Shown here: positions 40,590 through 51,908 of the stretch, one piece after another | Position numbering within the stretch: position 1 is the first letter of the stretch | How the letters are laid out: each line of letters begins with the position of its first letter | NCBI RefSeq assembly: GCF_006345805.1 | Contig: NC_043014.1 | Location: 23,374,001-23,438,000 of the forward strand | DNA from: Octopus sinensis | Taxonomy: Eukaryota | Direction: 5' to 3' | Length of the DNA: 64,000 nucleotides | Translations under genes and position numbers: made by a program | The notes under the pieces: model-generated | The model's input: the letters and a program-made list of their open reading frames with translations, nothing else | Databases searched by the model: none | Told to the model about the DNA's origin: nothing

Positions 40590-41819
40590 TGAGGAATATT
40601 GTATAAATTCATCTGAGCAATTTCTACAGATCTTAGGGGAAATTGATAATGTAGGTACTATTTCTATGTTAGATGTAGAATGTTCACCATTGTCCCAATG
40701 GCATAAAAGATAAAAATCATTATGAATATAATGTATATAAACAGCTAAATATAAAGCTGCTTATGATACCAGCAAACTTATTGAAAAAAACTACTTATGA
40801 TATGCATGACTGAAGTGCTGCTTTGCTGCCCAGAAAGAAATTTATACAAACAAACAGGTGGAGTGACTATGGGTTTCCCCATTAGGACCTCCATTTGTAG
40901 CATTCTACCTGTCCACAATAGAAAACAAGCAAAACACAAATACATAATATACATCAGATATGTAGCTGATATACTACTTGTAATAGATACTCTTAAGGAA
41001 GCTGAGAGACTAATGGAAGACTTAGAAAACAACTCCGTACTAAATTTAACATCCAAAATGATACAAATAAGACCCCATCTTTAAACATAAACCTGTAGAA
41101 AAAAAAACATACATTATGTAAGTATACACCAAAGAATTAAATAAATACAAATATTTACATGGAGACAGTAAATACCCACACAACTAATAAGATGTCAATG
41201 GTAAAAATCACTCTTCAGAAGAGCATTTATATTCTCATCCACAATGTACTAGAATTAAACAAGCATAAATTAACCTTTAGCACATTGAAGGCAAATCATA
41301 TTCCCATACAAGTTTTCTTCCCTCTCAATGCGGCACAATGTGCCTGCAGCTACAGGGGAGAAAACTTATTCACCAACATGATTTGCCCTTAATGTGCTAA
41401 AGGTTAATAATGGGCATTTTAATAGACTAGTGAACCAAGGTATAAAAGCATACACAAATACAATACAATATACCAGAGAATATACTAAACTGAAATCTAT
41501 TGCATGAACCAAATGCACAAGTCCTATCAAAAGGAGAAACATCTAATAAAAACCTTCATAAAATGCAACAGAAAATGCATCACACCTGACCATTAACTTA
41601 AACTAATAATATACTATACAGGAGCAGGAGTGGCTGTGGTAAGTAGCTTGCTTACCAACCACATGGCTCTGGGTCCAGTCCCACTGCGTGACACCTTGGG
41701 CGAGTGTCTTCTCCTATAGCCTCGGGTTAACCAAAGCCTTGTGAGTGGATTTGAGAGACAGAAACTGAAAGAAGCCCATCATGTATATGTATGTGTGTGT
41801 GTTTATGTATCTGTGTTTG

Positions 41820-41867
<48 letters not shown>

Positions 41868-42320
41868 ACATCGCTTGACAACCAGTGGTGGTGTGTTTAT
41901 GTCACTGTAACTTAGCAGTTCGGCAAAAGAGACCGATAGAATAAGTACTAGACACAAAGAATACATCCACAGGCAAATGACTGAAACAAGTAAAAAGAAA
42001 AAGAGAATATGAAAATACCAAATCTAAGAACCTCCTTATCAATAACTCACCGGAAACATATGAACCCAAGAACAAAATATAGGTGATGAATGTAATCTAT
42101 AAATTTGACTGTAAAACTCAATGTTGCAAACTTGAGGATGGTAGCTGTTACATTGGACAAATCAGTAAAAAAAATTTTACACAGGCACCCTCTGCACTTT
42201 CAGTATGGATCTAGCATATTACACCACACACCATCATCATACTACAAAACAAAATTTGATAGGTAAATGCTAGAAGAAAATACTTACATGCTTTATATAA
42301 GTTCACAAAAAAGATTAATT
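40590..42320 (+). mobile_element. Penelope-like element relic (RT + GIY-YIG), interrupted by a MITE and a SINE
   Basis: LYKQTGGVTMGFP and YIRYVADI (RYVDD equivalent). At 42089: NVIYKFDCKTQCCKLEDGSCYIGQ (GIY-YIG). Confidence 0.8.
41270..41407. mobile_element. piggyBac-type MITE (fully hairpin-forming)
   Basis: TTAA|cctttagcacattgaaggcaaatcat ... atgatttgcccttaatgtgctaaagg|TTAA. Confidence 0.75.
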
Positions 42321-42669
42321 ATGGAAACCAGTAAGATGGTGAGCAGGCAGAATTGTTAGCGTACCAGAAAAAAATGCTTAGCAGCATTTCTTCTGACTTT
42401 ACATTCTGAGTTCAAATGCTGTTGGGATCAACCATCCCTTCATCTTTTCAAGGTCAATAAGTACAGTTGAACTGGCATCAATGTAATCAACTTATCCCCT
42501 CCTCTGAAATTGCTGGCCTTCTGCCAAAATTTGAAACCAGTTATGGAAACCATAACAATGTCAAAATTAACACAAACACACTAAAAAAGAAATCAACACA
42601 TGACCATGACCACTGTTGTGGTAGGGTGTGTGAGAAGTTTTCTTGTTTAGTATGGGTGGGACACACAGC

Positions 42670-43863
42670 ACTTCTAGAACTCAGTTTCACTGACATGGGC
42701 GAGTCTTCTCAAGAACTTCATATCACCAGACATCTCAGTCCATTGTCATTTTTTCTTTGAGGCCGAACATCCTGAAATCGGTCCTTACCACTTCATTCTA
42801 TGTCTTCCTAAGTCTCCTTCCCCAGGCACCAACCACTTTCAGTGATCAGCATTTCTTTATGCAGCTGTCTTCATTCATACTCATCACATGTCCAAACCAA
42901 TGTAGTCTTCTCTCTTGCATGCTACATTTGATTCCTCTTATGCTCAACTTTTCTCTCAATACATTTGCACTTTGTCGTACATGCAGACTGATGTTGCATA
43001 TCCAATGGCGCATACGGTCTTCATTTCTCTCTTGTCTTCTGCATTCAGAGCCTATGTCTCACTACCATGGAGTATAGCTGTGTACCTTTCACTCTGAGAG
43101 AGAGTCTTTTTGTTGCCAACAGAGGTGATAGCTATCTGAACTTCCTCCACCCAATTCTTATTCTAGAAACACTACCTTCAGAGCATCCTCCACCAGGTAA
43201 CAGAAACTATCTACATCCTCAAGAGAGCCTCCTGGGCATTTGAGAGAATTTAAATCTCATTTTCTCTTCGTACTTATTGTTCCTGCACATCTGCCACATA
43301 CAAAGATGACTTTATCTGTTAATCTAACTGTGATTCCACTGCATCTCTAATGTGTCCATAGTTTACACTGGGTGCTACGAATGGAATTTTTTCCAACTCC
43401 TTTCCTATATACTGAGCAGGGCCATTTACCTGACAGAAAGAAAGTTTTATCTTTCTTTCTTACTAACAACATCTTTGGTCTTTGCTAGGTTAGCTTTCAG
43501 GCCCTTTGATTCTAGATTTTGCTTCTGTACCTGGAATTTCTTCTCCAATTCTGCTAAAGATTCTGCAATAAGAGCAAGGTCATCAGCATATAGCAGTTCC
43601 TACAGGCATCCAGTTTTGAATTCCTCTGTTATGGCCTGAAGAACTATAATGAATAAGAGAGGGCTGAGAGCTGAGCTTTGGTGTTTCACTAGGAAGATGG
43701 CATCGTGGTACTTTTCCCAGGTACAAAACCAAATTGCATCTCATTTAGTTTAATTCTGTTCCTAATCAATTGAGCGATAGCCTCTCACTAAATTTCATGA
43801 CTTCGTCTAGCACTTTAATATCTCTGTAGATGTTTCTATGTAAAGCATCACCTTTACCCTTCT
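42670..43863 (-). mobile_element. Older RTE LINE RT/3' fragment
   Basis: Minus strand KGKGDAL, EMQFGFVPG, ELLYADDL and PHD-finger remnants. Confidence 0.85.
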
Positions 43864-43865
43864 AG

Positions 43866-45620
43866 CATCATCATCATCATCATTGTTTAACATCTGTTTT
43901 CCATGCTGATGTTGGTTGCACCAGGTTCCAATCTGATCTGGCAAGGCCCTTCCTAATGCCAACCACTCTGAAAGTGTAGTGGGTACTTTTTACATGCCAC
44001 CAGCATGAGAGCCAGTCAGGCAGCACAGGCATCAGCCATGACTATGATTTCACTTCACTCAGCAGGTCTTCTCAAGCACAGTGTGTTGCCCAGCAATTCA
44101 AGGGTACTTCTAAATGGGCTGGTTATGTGACACTGGTATTGGCCACAGCTGTGATTTCACTTTACTTGCTGGATCTTCTCAATCACAGCATATCTCCAAA
44201 GGTCTCAGTCTCTTGTCATTGCCTCTGTGAGGCCCAACATTCAAAGGTTGTGCTTCACTACCTTTTCTACAGCTTCCTTCCACTGTTAGGGTGTGGCACT
44301 TCTTCACACAGCTGTCCTCATCCATTTGTAGCACATGACCATACCATCATCTCTCTTGCACACCACATCTGATGCTTCTTATGTCCAACTTTTCTCTCAG
44401 AGCACTTACATTCTGTCATGTATGCACACTAACATTACACATTCAGTGGATCATACTAGCTTTTCTTTCAAACCTATGCATGTCCTCAGCAGTCATGGTT
44501 CATGTCTCATTGCTGTGTAGCATGGCTATTCACACACATGCATCATACAGTCTACCTTTCACTCTGAGCAAGAGGCCCTTCATTACCAGTAGAGGTAGGA
44601 ACTTTCTAAACTTTGCTATTCTTATTTTAGTAGCTATGCTCTCTGAGCATCCACCCCGACTACAGACTTGGTGACCTAGGTAGCAGAAACTATCAACTAC
44701 TTCCAGTTTCTTCCCCTGGCATGTGATGGAATCTGTTTTCTGTACATTTTCAGTGATTATTGTCCCTGTGCATCTTCCACACACAAAAACTATCTTCTCA
44801 GTTAACCTTCCTTTAATATTGCTGCACCTCTTATGTATCCATAGCTCACACCGGGTGCATCTTATAGAGAACCTACCTATACCTTTTCTACAGATCAAGC
44901 AGAGCTGTCTACCTGAAGGGGTTTGTGATTTGTCTGCCTTCCTACTTACTAGGACTTTTTGCTAGAGTGTCTCTAAGGCCCTTCGATTCTAAACTTTGCT
45001 TCCATGCCTGAAACTTCATCTCTAGTTCTGGTAGTGGCTCAGCTATTTGAGCAAGGACATCAGCATAGAGGAGCTCCTAGGGGCAGCCTGTCTTGAATTC
45101 CTCCATTATTGCCTGGAGGATTATGATGAACAAGAGACTGAGTACTGATCCTTGGTGAACCCCTGCTTCTACCCTGAATTCTTTGCTGTACTCATTGTCC
45201 ACCCTCACCTTACTGATAGCATCCCTGTTTATCCTTGTCTATCCATTGACCACCAGATAAGTCAACAAAAACCAGAAATATAGCATCAGTGGTGCTTCTA
45301 CCTGTCACAAAACCAAACTGCATCTCATCTAGGCTGTTCCTCTCCATGACTTTTATTGCCAGCAATTTGATACCCCTGTAGTTATTTCTATCTAAAGCAT
45401 CACCTTTACCTTTGTAACAGTTTACTATGGTACTGCTACACCAGTCATTGGGTATGACTCCTTTGTGAGCTACCTGATTTACAATATGGGTGACTAGACC
45501 ATAACCCACTCCACCAGATATTTTAAGCATCTCAGTGGTGATTCCTGATGAGCAGGGGGATTTCCCCTATTTTCATATCCTTAATTGCTTTATCTACCAG
45601 AGTACTGTCGATTCAGGTAA
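43866..45620 (-). mobile_element. RTE LINE RT + 3' UTR, with deletions
   Basis: IPNDWCSSTIVNCYKGKGDALDRNNYRGIKLL and ICRKGIGRFSIRCTRCELWIHKRC; (CAT)n end. Confidence 0.9.
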
Positions 45621-46002
45621 CTGGTCTCTCAAGTGGGTTGCCAATCCTGAATAACCTGATTAACTGTACAGGTGACTAAGCTGCATCCTACATCACTGGA
45701 AATTTTAATCATCTTTCTGATGGCCCAGTGCTTTCCCTATCTTCATATAAGAAACAATACAAACACTAAATATATCAATTCTTTTTTGTTTCTTTTTAAT
45801 GGTAAGGAAACTGTATAAAATGTAGAAACATTGGGTATGGGTTTAGAAACTCAGTTTTTCCAAACCAAGTATAAAAAGCTCATAAGAAAATATTAAAGAT
45901 ATAAAATACAAAAGAAAACTCTTGAACGTAGTTATGTATATAATGAAACATGCATATGTGTATTTATATGTATATATGTATGACTGAAACAAGTAAAAGA
46001 TA

Positions 46003-46039
<37 letters not shown>

Positions 46040-46524
46040 ATATATATATGCATGTATAAATGTGTGTGTGTATGTATAAACAATGTGTGGGAGAGTACAA
46101 AGTAAGTGTGGTATAGATATCCACAGAGTAACATTTAGATTAAAAGAATTTACAGTAAAAAATTGATGAGCGATGACTAGAAGTATATTGAGTTCTTCAT
46201 AACCAGCTGATCTAGCAAGCGGGGCCTCATATCAGTGAGGGGGGCCAGTGCGCATTGATGCCGTCGAGAGGTAGGTCCCGAAACAGCGCGCATTCTTTCC
46301 TGATGACCCCATACACTTGCTAGCTTCCGATATACGGAGCTTTTAACTGGTAGCACTTGCATGTGCAAGTTGTTTGCAAGACATCTTCCTTATTCTGCTT
46401 CCTTCTAAAAATAGACCTTTACACCTGAATTATGAAGTTTTCTGCATAGTTAGAAGCTTTCTTTATTTCCCTTTTATTTCATTTTCTAAAAATTAAATAT
46501 ATTGTAAAATTGCTGTCATATATA

Positions 46525-46570
<46 letters not shown>

Positions 46571-46571
<1 letters not shown>

Positions 46572-47219
46572 AACATAATCAAAAAGGGTAATAACATAGA
46601 TTATTATTACCAGTGGCCTAGCACAAAAGACGAATTAGTCATTAGACAAAATATTATTCATATAGAAAAATATTATTCATAGAGAAATATAATAAAGGGC
46701 TCCCACATAAGGAAGCCTAGTGCTAGAGACACAAAAAGGGATAAATTCATCGAGAGTGAAAATCAAAAACATTTACCAATAACGATATATCCCGGACTGA
46801 TCAGTTTCTACCTCTTTCTAGCAAAACAGACAGAATATGTTTGCCAAGGCAAGGTTCGTCAGTGGGACGCCTTTGCTAATTCTAGATGCACTGAGCGTTA
46901 GACCATGTGTTGATCTAACAATTTGTAAATCTTAACTTTTCAAACCTCTGCGCAGACGCAAAATATACCCGGTGATATAGGGCATGCCGGTAAAAAATTT
47001 TACGAACAAATTTATCAAGTAATATGTGAACATAATCAAAAAGGGTAATAACATAGATTATTATTACCAGTGGCCTAGCACAAAAGACGAATTAGTCATT
47101 AGACAAAATATTATTCATATAGAAATATAATAAAGGGCTCCCAAATAAGAAAGCCTAGTGCTAGAGACACAAAAAGGGATAAATTCATCGAGAGTGGAAA
47201 TCAAAAACATTTACCAATA
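46571..47219 (-). mobile_element. Retrozyme-like or PLE pLTR-like tandem repeat (about 457-bp period, 1.45 copies) in a TA/TG microsatellite
   Basis: 46571-46781 recurs almost identically at 47028-47219, apart from a ~19-bp internal duplication in the first copy. It contains the hammerhead above, has no ORF, and is flanked by (TA)n(TG)n and (TA)n. Confidence 0.7.
46790..46867 (-). ncRNA. Type-I hammerhead ribozyme motif
   Basis: Minus strand: UCCCA-CUGACGA-ACCU[long hairpin]AGGU-A-GAAA-CUGAUCAG-UC/CGGGA. Intact core, palindromic helix III (ACUGAUCAGU), GUC site (cut between 46795 and 46794), helix I UCCC/GGGA with one A-C mismatch. Confidence 0.8.
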
Positions 47220-47226
47220 TTTATAT

Positions 47227-47286
<60 letters not shown>

Positions 47287-47398
47287 GAAGGGTGAAATTA
47301 ATTAATTTGGAATAATTATCAATTACACCAAGTAGTCTTCGGCATGTAAAAGCCTCATTTGAGGAAAATTTAAGTAATACTAAGCATGCTTAGTATTA

Positions 47399-47431
<33 letters not shown>

Positions 47432-47461
47432 TATGTTCTCTCCCTGTTTATTTCTGTGTTC

Positions 47462-47497
47462 CTTTCTGTCGAAGAACGTAGGCTCGAAATGTAAAAG
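47462..47497 (+). ncRNA. Degenerate hammerhead-like motif in a short module between (TA)n tracts
   Basis: CUUU-CUGUCGA-A-GAAC GUAG GCUC-GAAA-UG-UA/AAAG. The hammerhead topology is kept (helix I CUUU/AAAG), but core A6 and helices II and III are mutated. Confidence 0.4.
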
Positions 47498-47588
47498 ACT
47501 TTCTCAATTCCCGAGCATTAAGCTAATATGTCTGTTTGTTGTTTACAAACCTGTCTTCATCTTCTGTTTTTTGTAAATTCTCACTATA

Positions 47589-47642
<54 letters not shown>

Positions 47643-47690
47643 ATACACTTTGATTTTTCTCCCTATTATTTCTTTCTTTTTGTCATTCAG

Positions 47691-47840
47691 GTTATCCTAT
47701 AGTTACACCATCCAACAATTTATTAATCAGCAATGTCCAAGTTGTAGATGCTGGCATCTATAAGTGTGTTGCTACAAACCCTCTTACTAATGAAACTTCA
47801 ACATCAAGCCAAACAGTAACATTGAACGTCATCTCATTTG
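47691..47840 (+). CDS. Exon B, second half of the same Ig domain
   Basis: Acceptor tctttctttttgtcattcag, donor gtaagt at 47841. Encodes (S)YPIVTPSNNLLISNVQVVDAGIYKCVATNPLTNETSTSSQTVTLNVISF with the DxGxYxC motif. PSxNLxI..DxGxYKCxAxNPxT resembles CDON/BOC Ig2 (recalled, not searched). Confidence 0.92.
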
Positions 47841-48630
47841 GTAAGTTCAAGATTTGTTGCTTAAGTAAGTTCAAGATTTGTTGCATCAGATTACTTTGTC
47901 AGACGTAATACTTATTTATTCAATTTGGTTTGAAGTAATTATGCTTTATCTTGCAGCTTCAGCATTTCAATGTGATTGTATATTCTTAGAATGACATTGT
48001 ATGGAAGGTAGAAGAGGCCAAATATGGCTCACTTGAATGTAAAACATGTAGAACATAAGAACCTGTTATGGCTGGTTTAAATGCTAAAGGGTTAATGTGC
48101 TTATATATGTATATGCATTGCAGATACACATTACATACACACACACACACAAACTGCTGTCTATACACACCATAAACACAAACATTGTAAATGTGATGAG
48201 CCACCTGAAAATGTTGGGCAGTTTTCAACAAAATCTTTTCAGTCATTTATTAATTTTTTTTTTAATCAATTATCAGAAAATTTTTAAAGTTTTACAGGAA
48301 ACCAATTAAAAAAAAATTTGCCATACATTTAATCAAACAATGTTGTTTAAATTTAAGCAGTGATTATATTCAACTGTTTCTAAAATATGAACTGGTCTTT
48401 ACAGGGTTGCTCATCCTTATAAAATAGCTTCCATATTTCCCTTAAAAGCATCCTATTGTCTACAGATATTGAATATTTTACCCAATATCTGTAGACAACA
48501 GATAGGATGTTCACAGCCAAAATGTCTTTGATCATAGGTCTTCTCAACCAGAGCACTGTACTGGGGCAGGAATACTTCCAATAACCCTGATCACTGTTGT
48601 ATTTTATTTCATTAAAAATCTCTCTCTCTT

Positions 48631-48689
<59 letters not shown>

Positions 48690-48724
48690 TTCTTCCTCTA
48701 CTCATCATCTTTTTCCCCTCTCAG

Positions 48725-48904
48725 AATCTGCCCAGAACCAACCACCATTTATATTTGGTTCCAAGAAACCAACCATCCTCAATGTTCCTGAAGGAGATGC
48801 TATTGTATTGGAATGTGCTGCTTATGCAAAGCCCTTACCAAAAATAACCTGGAGAAAATATGGGGGCCAATTATCACATGATAAAAGAGAAGCTAAGCTT
48901 TCAG
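48725..48904 (+). CDS. Exon C, first half of the next Ig domain
   Basis: Long (CT)n tract then tcag at 48724, donor gtaata at 48905. Encodes (E)SAQNQPPFIFGSKKPTILNVPEGDAIVLECAAYAKPLPKITWRKYGGQLSHDKREAKLS (I-set LEC...PxPxITW). Confidence 0.92.
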
Positions 48905-49251
48905 GTAATAAAACAATAATAATAATAGTTTATTTTTTAATTTTATTTTACATCATATTTTTGTGAAAAACGTTATCAGTTGATCACTTATTGGTTCACT
49001 GTATTTATAATGGTACCAGCTTAAAAGCCGCCCTATCAGGTGGCTTTTAAGCTAGATCCTGTGGAGAGCAGAATAATGACACTTCATGCATATTAAATTT
49101 TATTAAACTTGACCAATATTTTTCAAGCAATGAACAATTTTGACTTGGAAAGCTTCATGATAAACAACAATTTTGACTTGCAAAGCTGCATGATAAACAA
49201 CATTATTTGTCTTCCCATTCAGGGGTCAGTACAATTTTTTTTTCTGTCTAA

Positions 49252-49297
<46 letters not shown>

Positions 49298-49679
49298 TTG
49301 TCGATTGTTTTCGACCATCACCATCGCCTCACAACTGCCCTATACATACCTTTCAGACTTCTGACAACACCTTCCTCTCCACCACCATCACCACTGTCTT
49401 TCACATCCCTTACTGTCACCATCCTGCTTGACCGCTTCGGCCACCATCACCATTGCCTCTGCCTCTATCACAACTGCAGTTCATACTATTACTATCAACC
49501 CATTACCATCTCAGCTGTCAATCTGCTACCATCTGCACAGTCTCTATGCCTACTATTACTCTCACCCCAGGAAGAGGAGTAGAAGAAGTGTCATTGGCTA
49601 GTGAGAGAGTTGTTTTGGCATTTATTATTATAGATGAGTGACAAGGGGGTGTTTGTAAAATTTTGACAGAACAAATGCC

Positions 49680-49894
49680 TTAACCCACCTGAAACTGCCT
49701 TTGGCTCTGTAGTACAAATGTCTTGTTTTCATAAGTTCTGAATTAAAATCTTCCACCAAACCTTAGTCACAATTTATGTTTTTAACACTAGCTTAATGAT
49801 AAACTAAATTATTTTACTAATTGTTTGTTATATTTAAAATTAATTGAAAGAAACATAGAGCATCTCAACAGAAATATGGTAACAAAAGGGTTAA
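49680..49894. mobile_element. TTAA-flanked piggyBac-like non-autonomous element
   Basis: TTAA|ccc...aaaaggg|TTAA termini. Related ends occur at about 22701 and 48094. Confidence 0.45.
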
Positions 49895-49988
49895 TGGTAT
49901 TTATTGTTCATAAGCACCATTTTAGCAGTTTTCTTGACAGTGTTTATGTTTCTCTAATACACATGGATGAATTATGTACTGTCCACAT

Positions 49989-50023
<35 letters not shown>

Positions 50024-50431
50024 GTCATTTATACAATGGTCTTCTATGCAATTTCAACTCACAAGCCATTTGTGAAGTCATGGCTGGGATAGAAGACATT
50101 TTTCCAAAGTCCCTTGTAGTGGAATCAAATCTAGAACTACCACAGCGCTACAATGTAAAATTCTTAGCCACTCATCCATGCCTGCACCTGCTTATTCTTT
50201 ATATTTTTGAAACCCATTTTTTTTCTTTTTGCTTTGTTCTTTGTCACATTGAAGAAAGATGGAAAAAAAAAAACAAATTTGTATTCCCATTTTATTTGTT
50301 GATCTTTTTAAACTTCTTTTTTTCTTCTTTCTTCTATCACATTGAAGAAGAAAGATCCCACCCAATCTGCATCTCCAAGCAACAAATTTTCATTCTCATT
50401 TTCTAATTTCAAATGAAATTCTGTCGTGCAG

Positions 50432-50542
50432 GTAATTACATCATTAAGAATGTTAACCATCGTGATAAAGGGACCTATATCTGCCATGCTGATAATGGAA
50501 TTGGCAATAAAGTGGAAAAAGTATTTCAAATAGAAGTATTTG
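50432..50542 (+). CDS. Exon D, second half of that Ig domain
   Basis: Acceptor gtgcag at 50431, donor gtaagt at 50543. Encodes (G)NYIIKNVNHRDKGTYICHADNGIGNKVEKVFQIEVF (DxGxYxCxAxNxxG). Confidence 0.92.
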
Positions 50543-51758
50543 GTAAGTAAATCTATACAACTCCCTCCCATTTTCTCTTCTTGCTCTCATTTTATTTTAT
50601 TCTATTTTATTTAGTTATTTCCTTTTATTTATACATTTATTCATTTATTATTCTTGCCTTTTTAGGTGGTGGTGGGGTTGTTCACCATGCCACAAAAAAT
50701 ATTTTTGTGGCATGATTGATATTTAATTAAATTAACAAAAAATTTTGTTTTTTTAGGAATTTTTGTTTGCTTCCTCTTCTCCCTTTAGCCCATGCATTTG
50801 TGTGTGTTACACACACACAACACACACATGAAACTATTAAATTTTAAGCAACTATATTATTAATATAGATTTCATTAACTCTGCATTTCCGGTTAACTAC
50901 AAAAACCCAGTGTTCTCTGAAGCACAAAATAGGAAAGGTTATGGCTGACTCGAGAATGGAAGTTTTTTTTAAAAAAGAAACACATAAAATAGATAAGCAA
51001 AAATTTTTATCCAAAGGGCACATGGTAGAAGGCATATATGACAGTGTCATATTTTGTATAAAATAATAAAATAATATAAAATAATATTTAAGAAAAAAGT
51101 ATATAAATTATTTTTATTTTAAATATTTTAAATGAGTTTTATAAACTGTTATATGTTTACAGGTCTAACAGAAGCAGGCCTATCACACTGCCCTGTTTAA
51201 CACCATCACCTGTTCCTTGCTTACCTTTAGTGAAGTTCACTCAATTGTAGGAATTCAGACAAAACAAAACGAATGGTTTAACTGAACTCACTGCTTAAAT
51301 GATGATGTTTGAATGACTGTCTGGATTTATTATTGCATATATTCACTACACAGTTACACAAATACATGTACACAAGTCAATAAGGGAGTACATGGTTGAT
51401 TGGTCTGCTAAAAACAACAAAGCCTCTTCCAAATCACATCGGAAGGATATTTTAGATAAGGTAGTCAAGTATAAACTGTGCCTATAAACATGCTGGAGAA
51501 TCTTTCATAACTTGACACAGGCCATAATCACTGACCTTAGGCTAAACAGCAACACGCATACACATGTACATTGCATAAATATACTCTGATTCTTTGTCTG
51601 TCCCCCAACTCTCTCTCTCTCTCACATTTGCATGTACAGCATAATATGCTCTGATTATAAGTGCATATGCAGTAAAGAAATATACCATCTATCTCACTTA
51701 TACACGCAAGCATCACATGTTTTTCTTTATATTATCTCTATTTGTTCTTTTTGTGTAG

Positions 51759-51908
51759 AACGTCCTAAAATTGACACAGGTTATGTTGACGTTGAAGAAA
51801 ACAGTAAAGCAATCCTCAGCTGCATCATTAACAAAAAGTCCAACTTTTCTATCAAATGGTATCATAATGGTCAACAGATAGTTAAAAGTAAAAACATCAG
51901 AATCCGAG
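51759..51908 (+). CDS. Exon E, first half of the third Ig domain in the window
   Basis: Acceptor ttctttttgtgtag, donor gtaagt at 51909. Encodes (E)RPKIDTGYVDVEENSKAILSCIINKKSNFSIKWYHNGQQIVKSKNIRIR (C...WYHNG). Confidence 0.92.

Noticed and set aside
46164-46210. TGATGA...CTGA resembling a C/D box snoRNA
   Set aside because: Only ~47 nt, with a minimal terminal stem and no recognisable guide sequence.
46276-46310. GAAAC followed by CTGATGA as a permuted hammerhead
   Set aside because: The would-be helix II strands (tccc and cccc) cannot pair, and helices I and III do not form.
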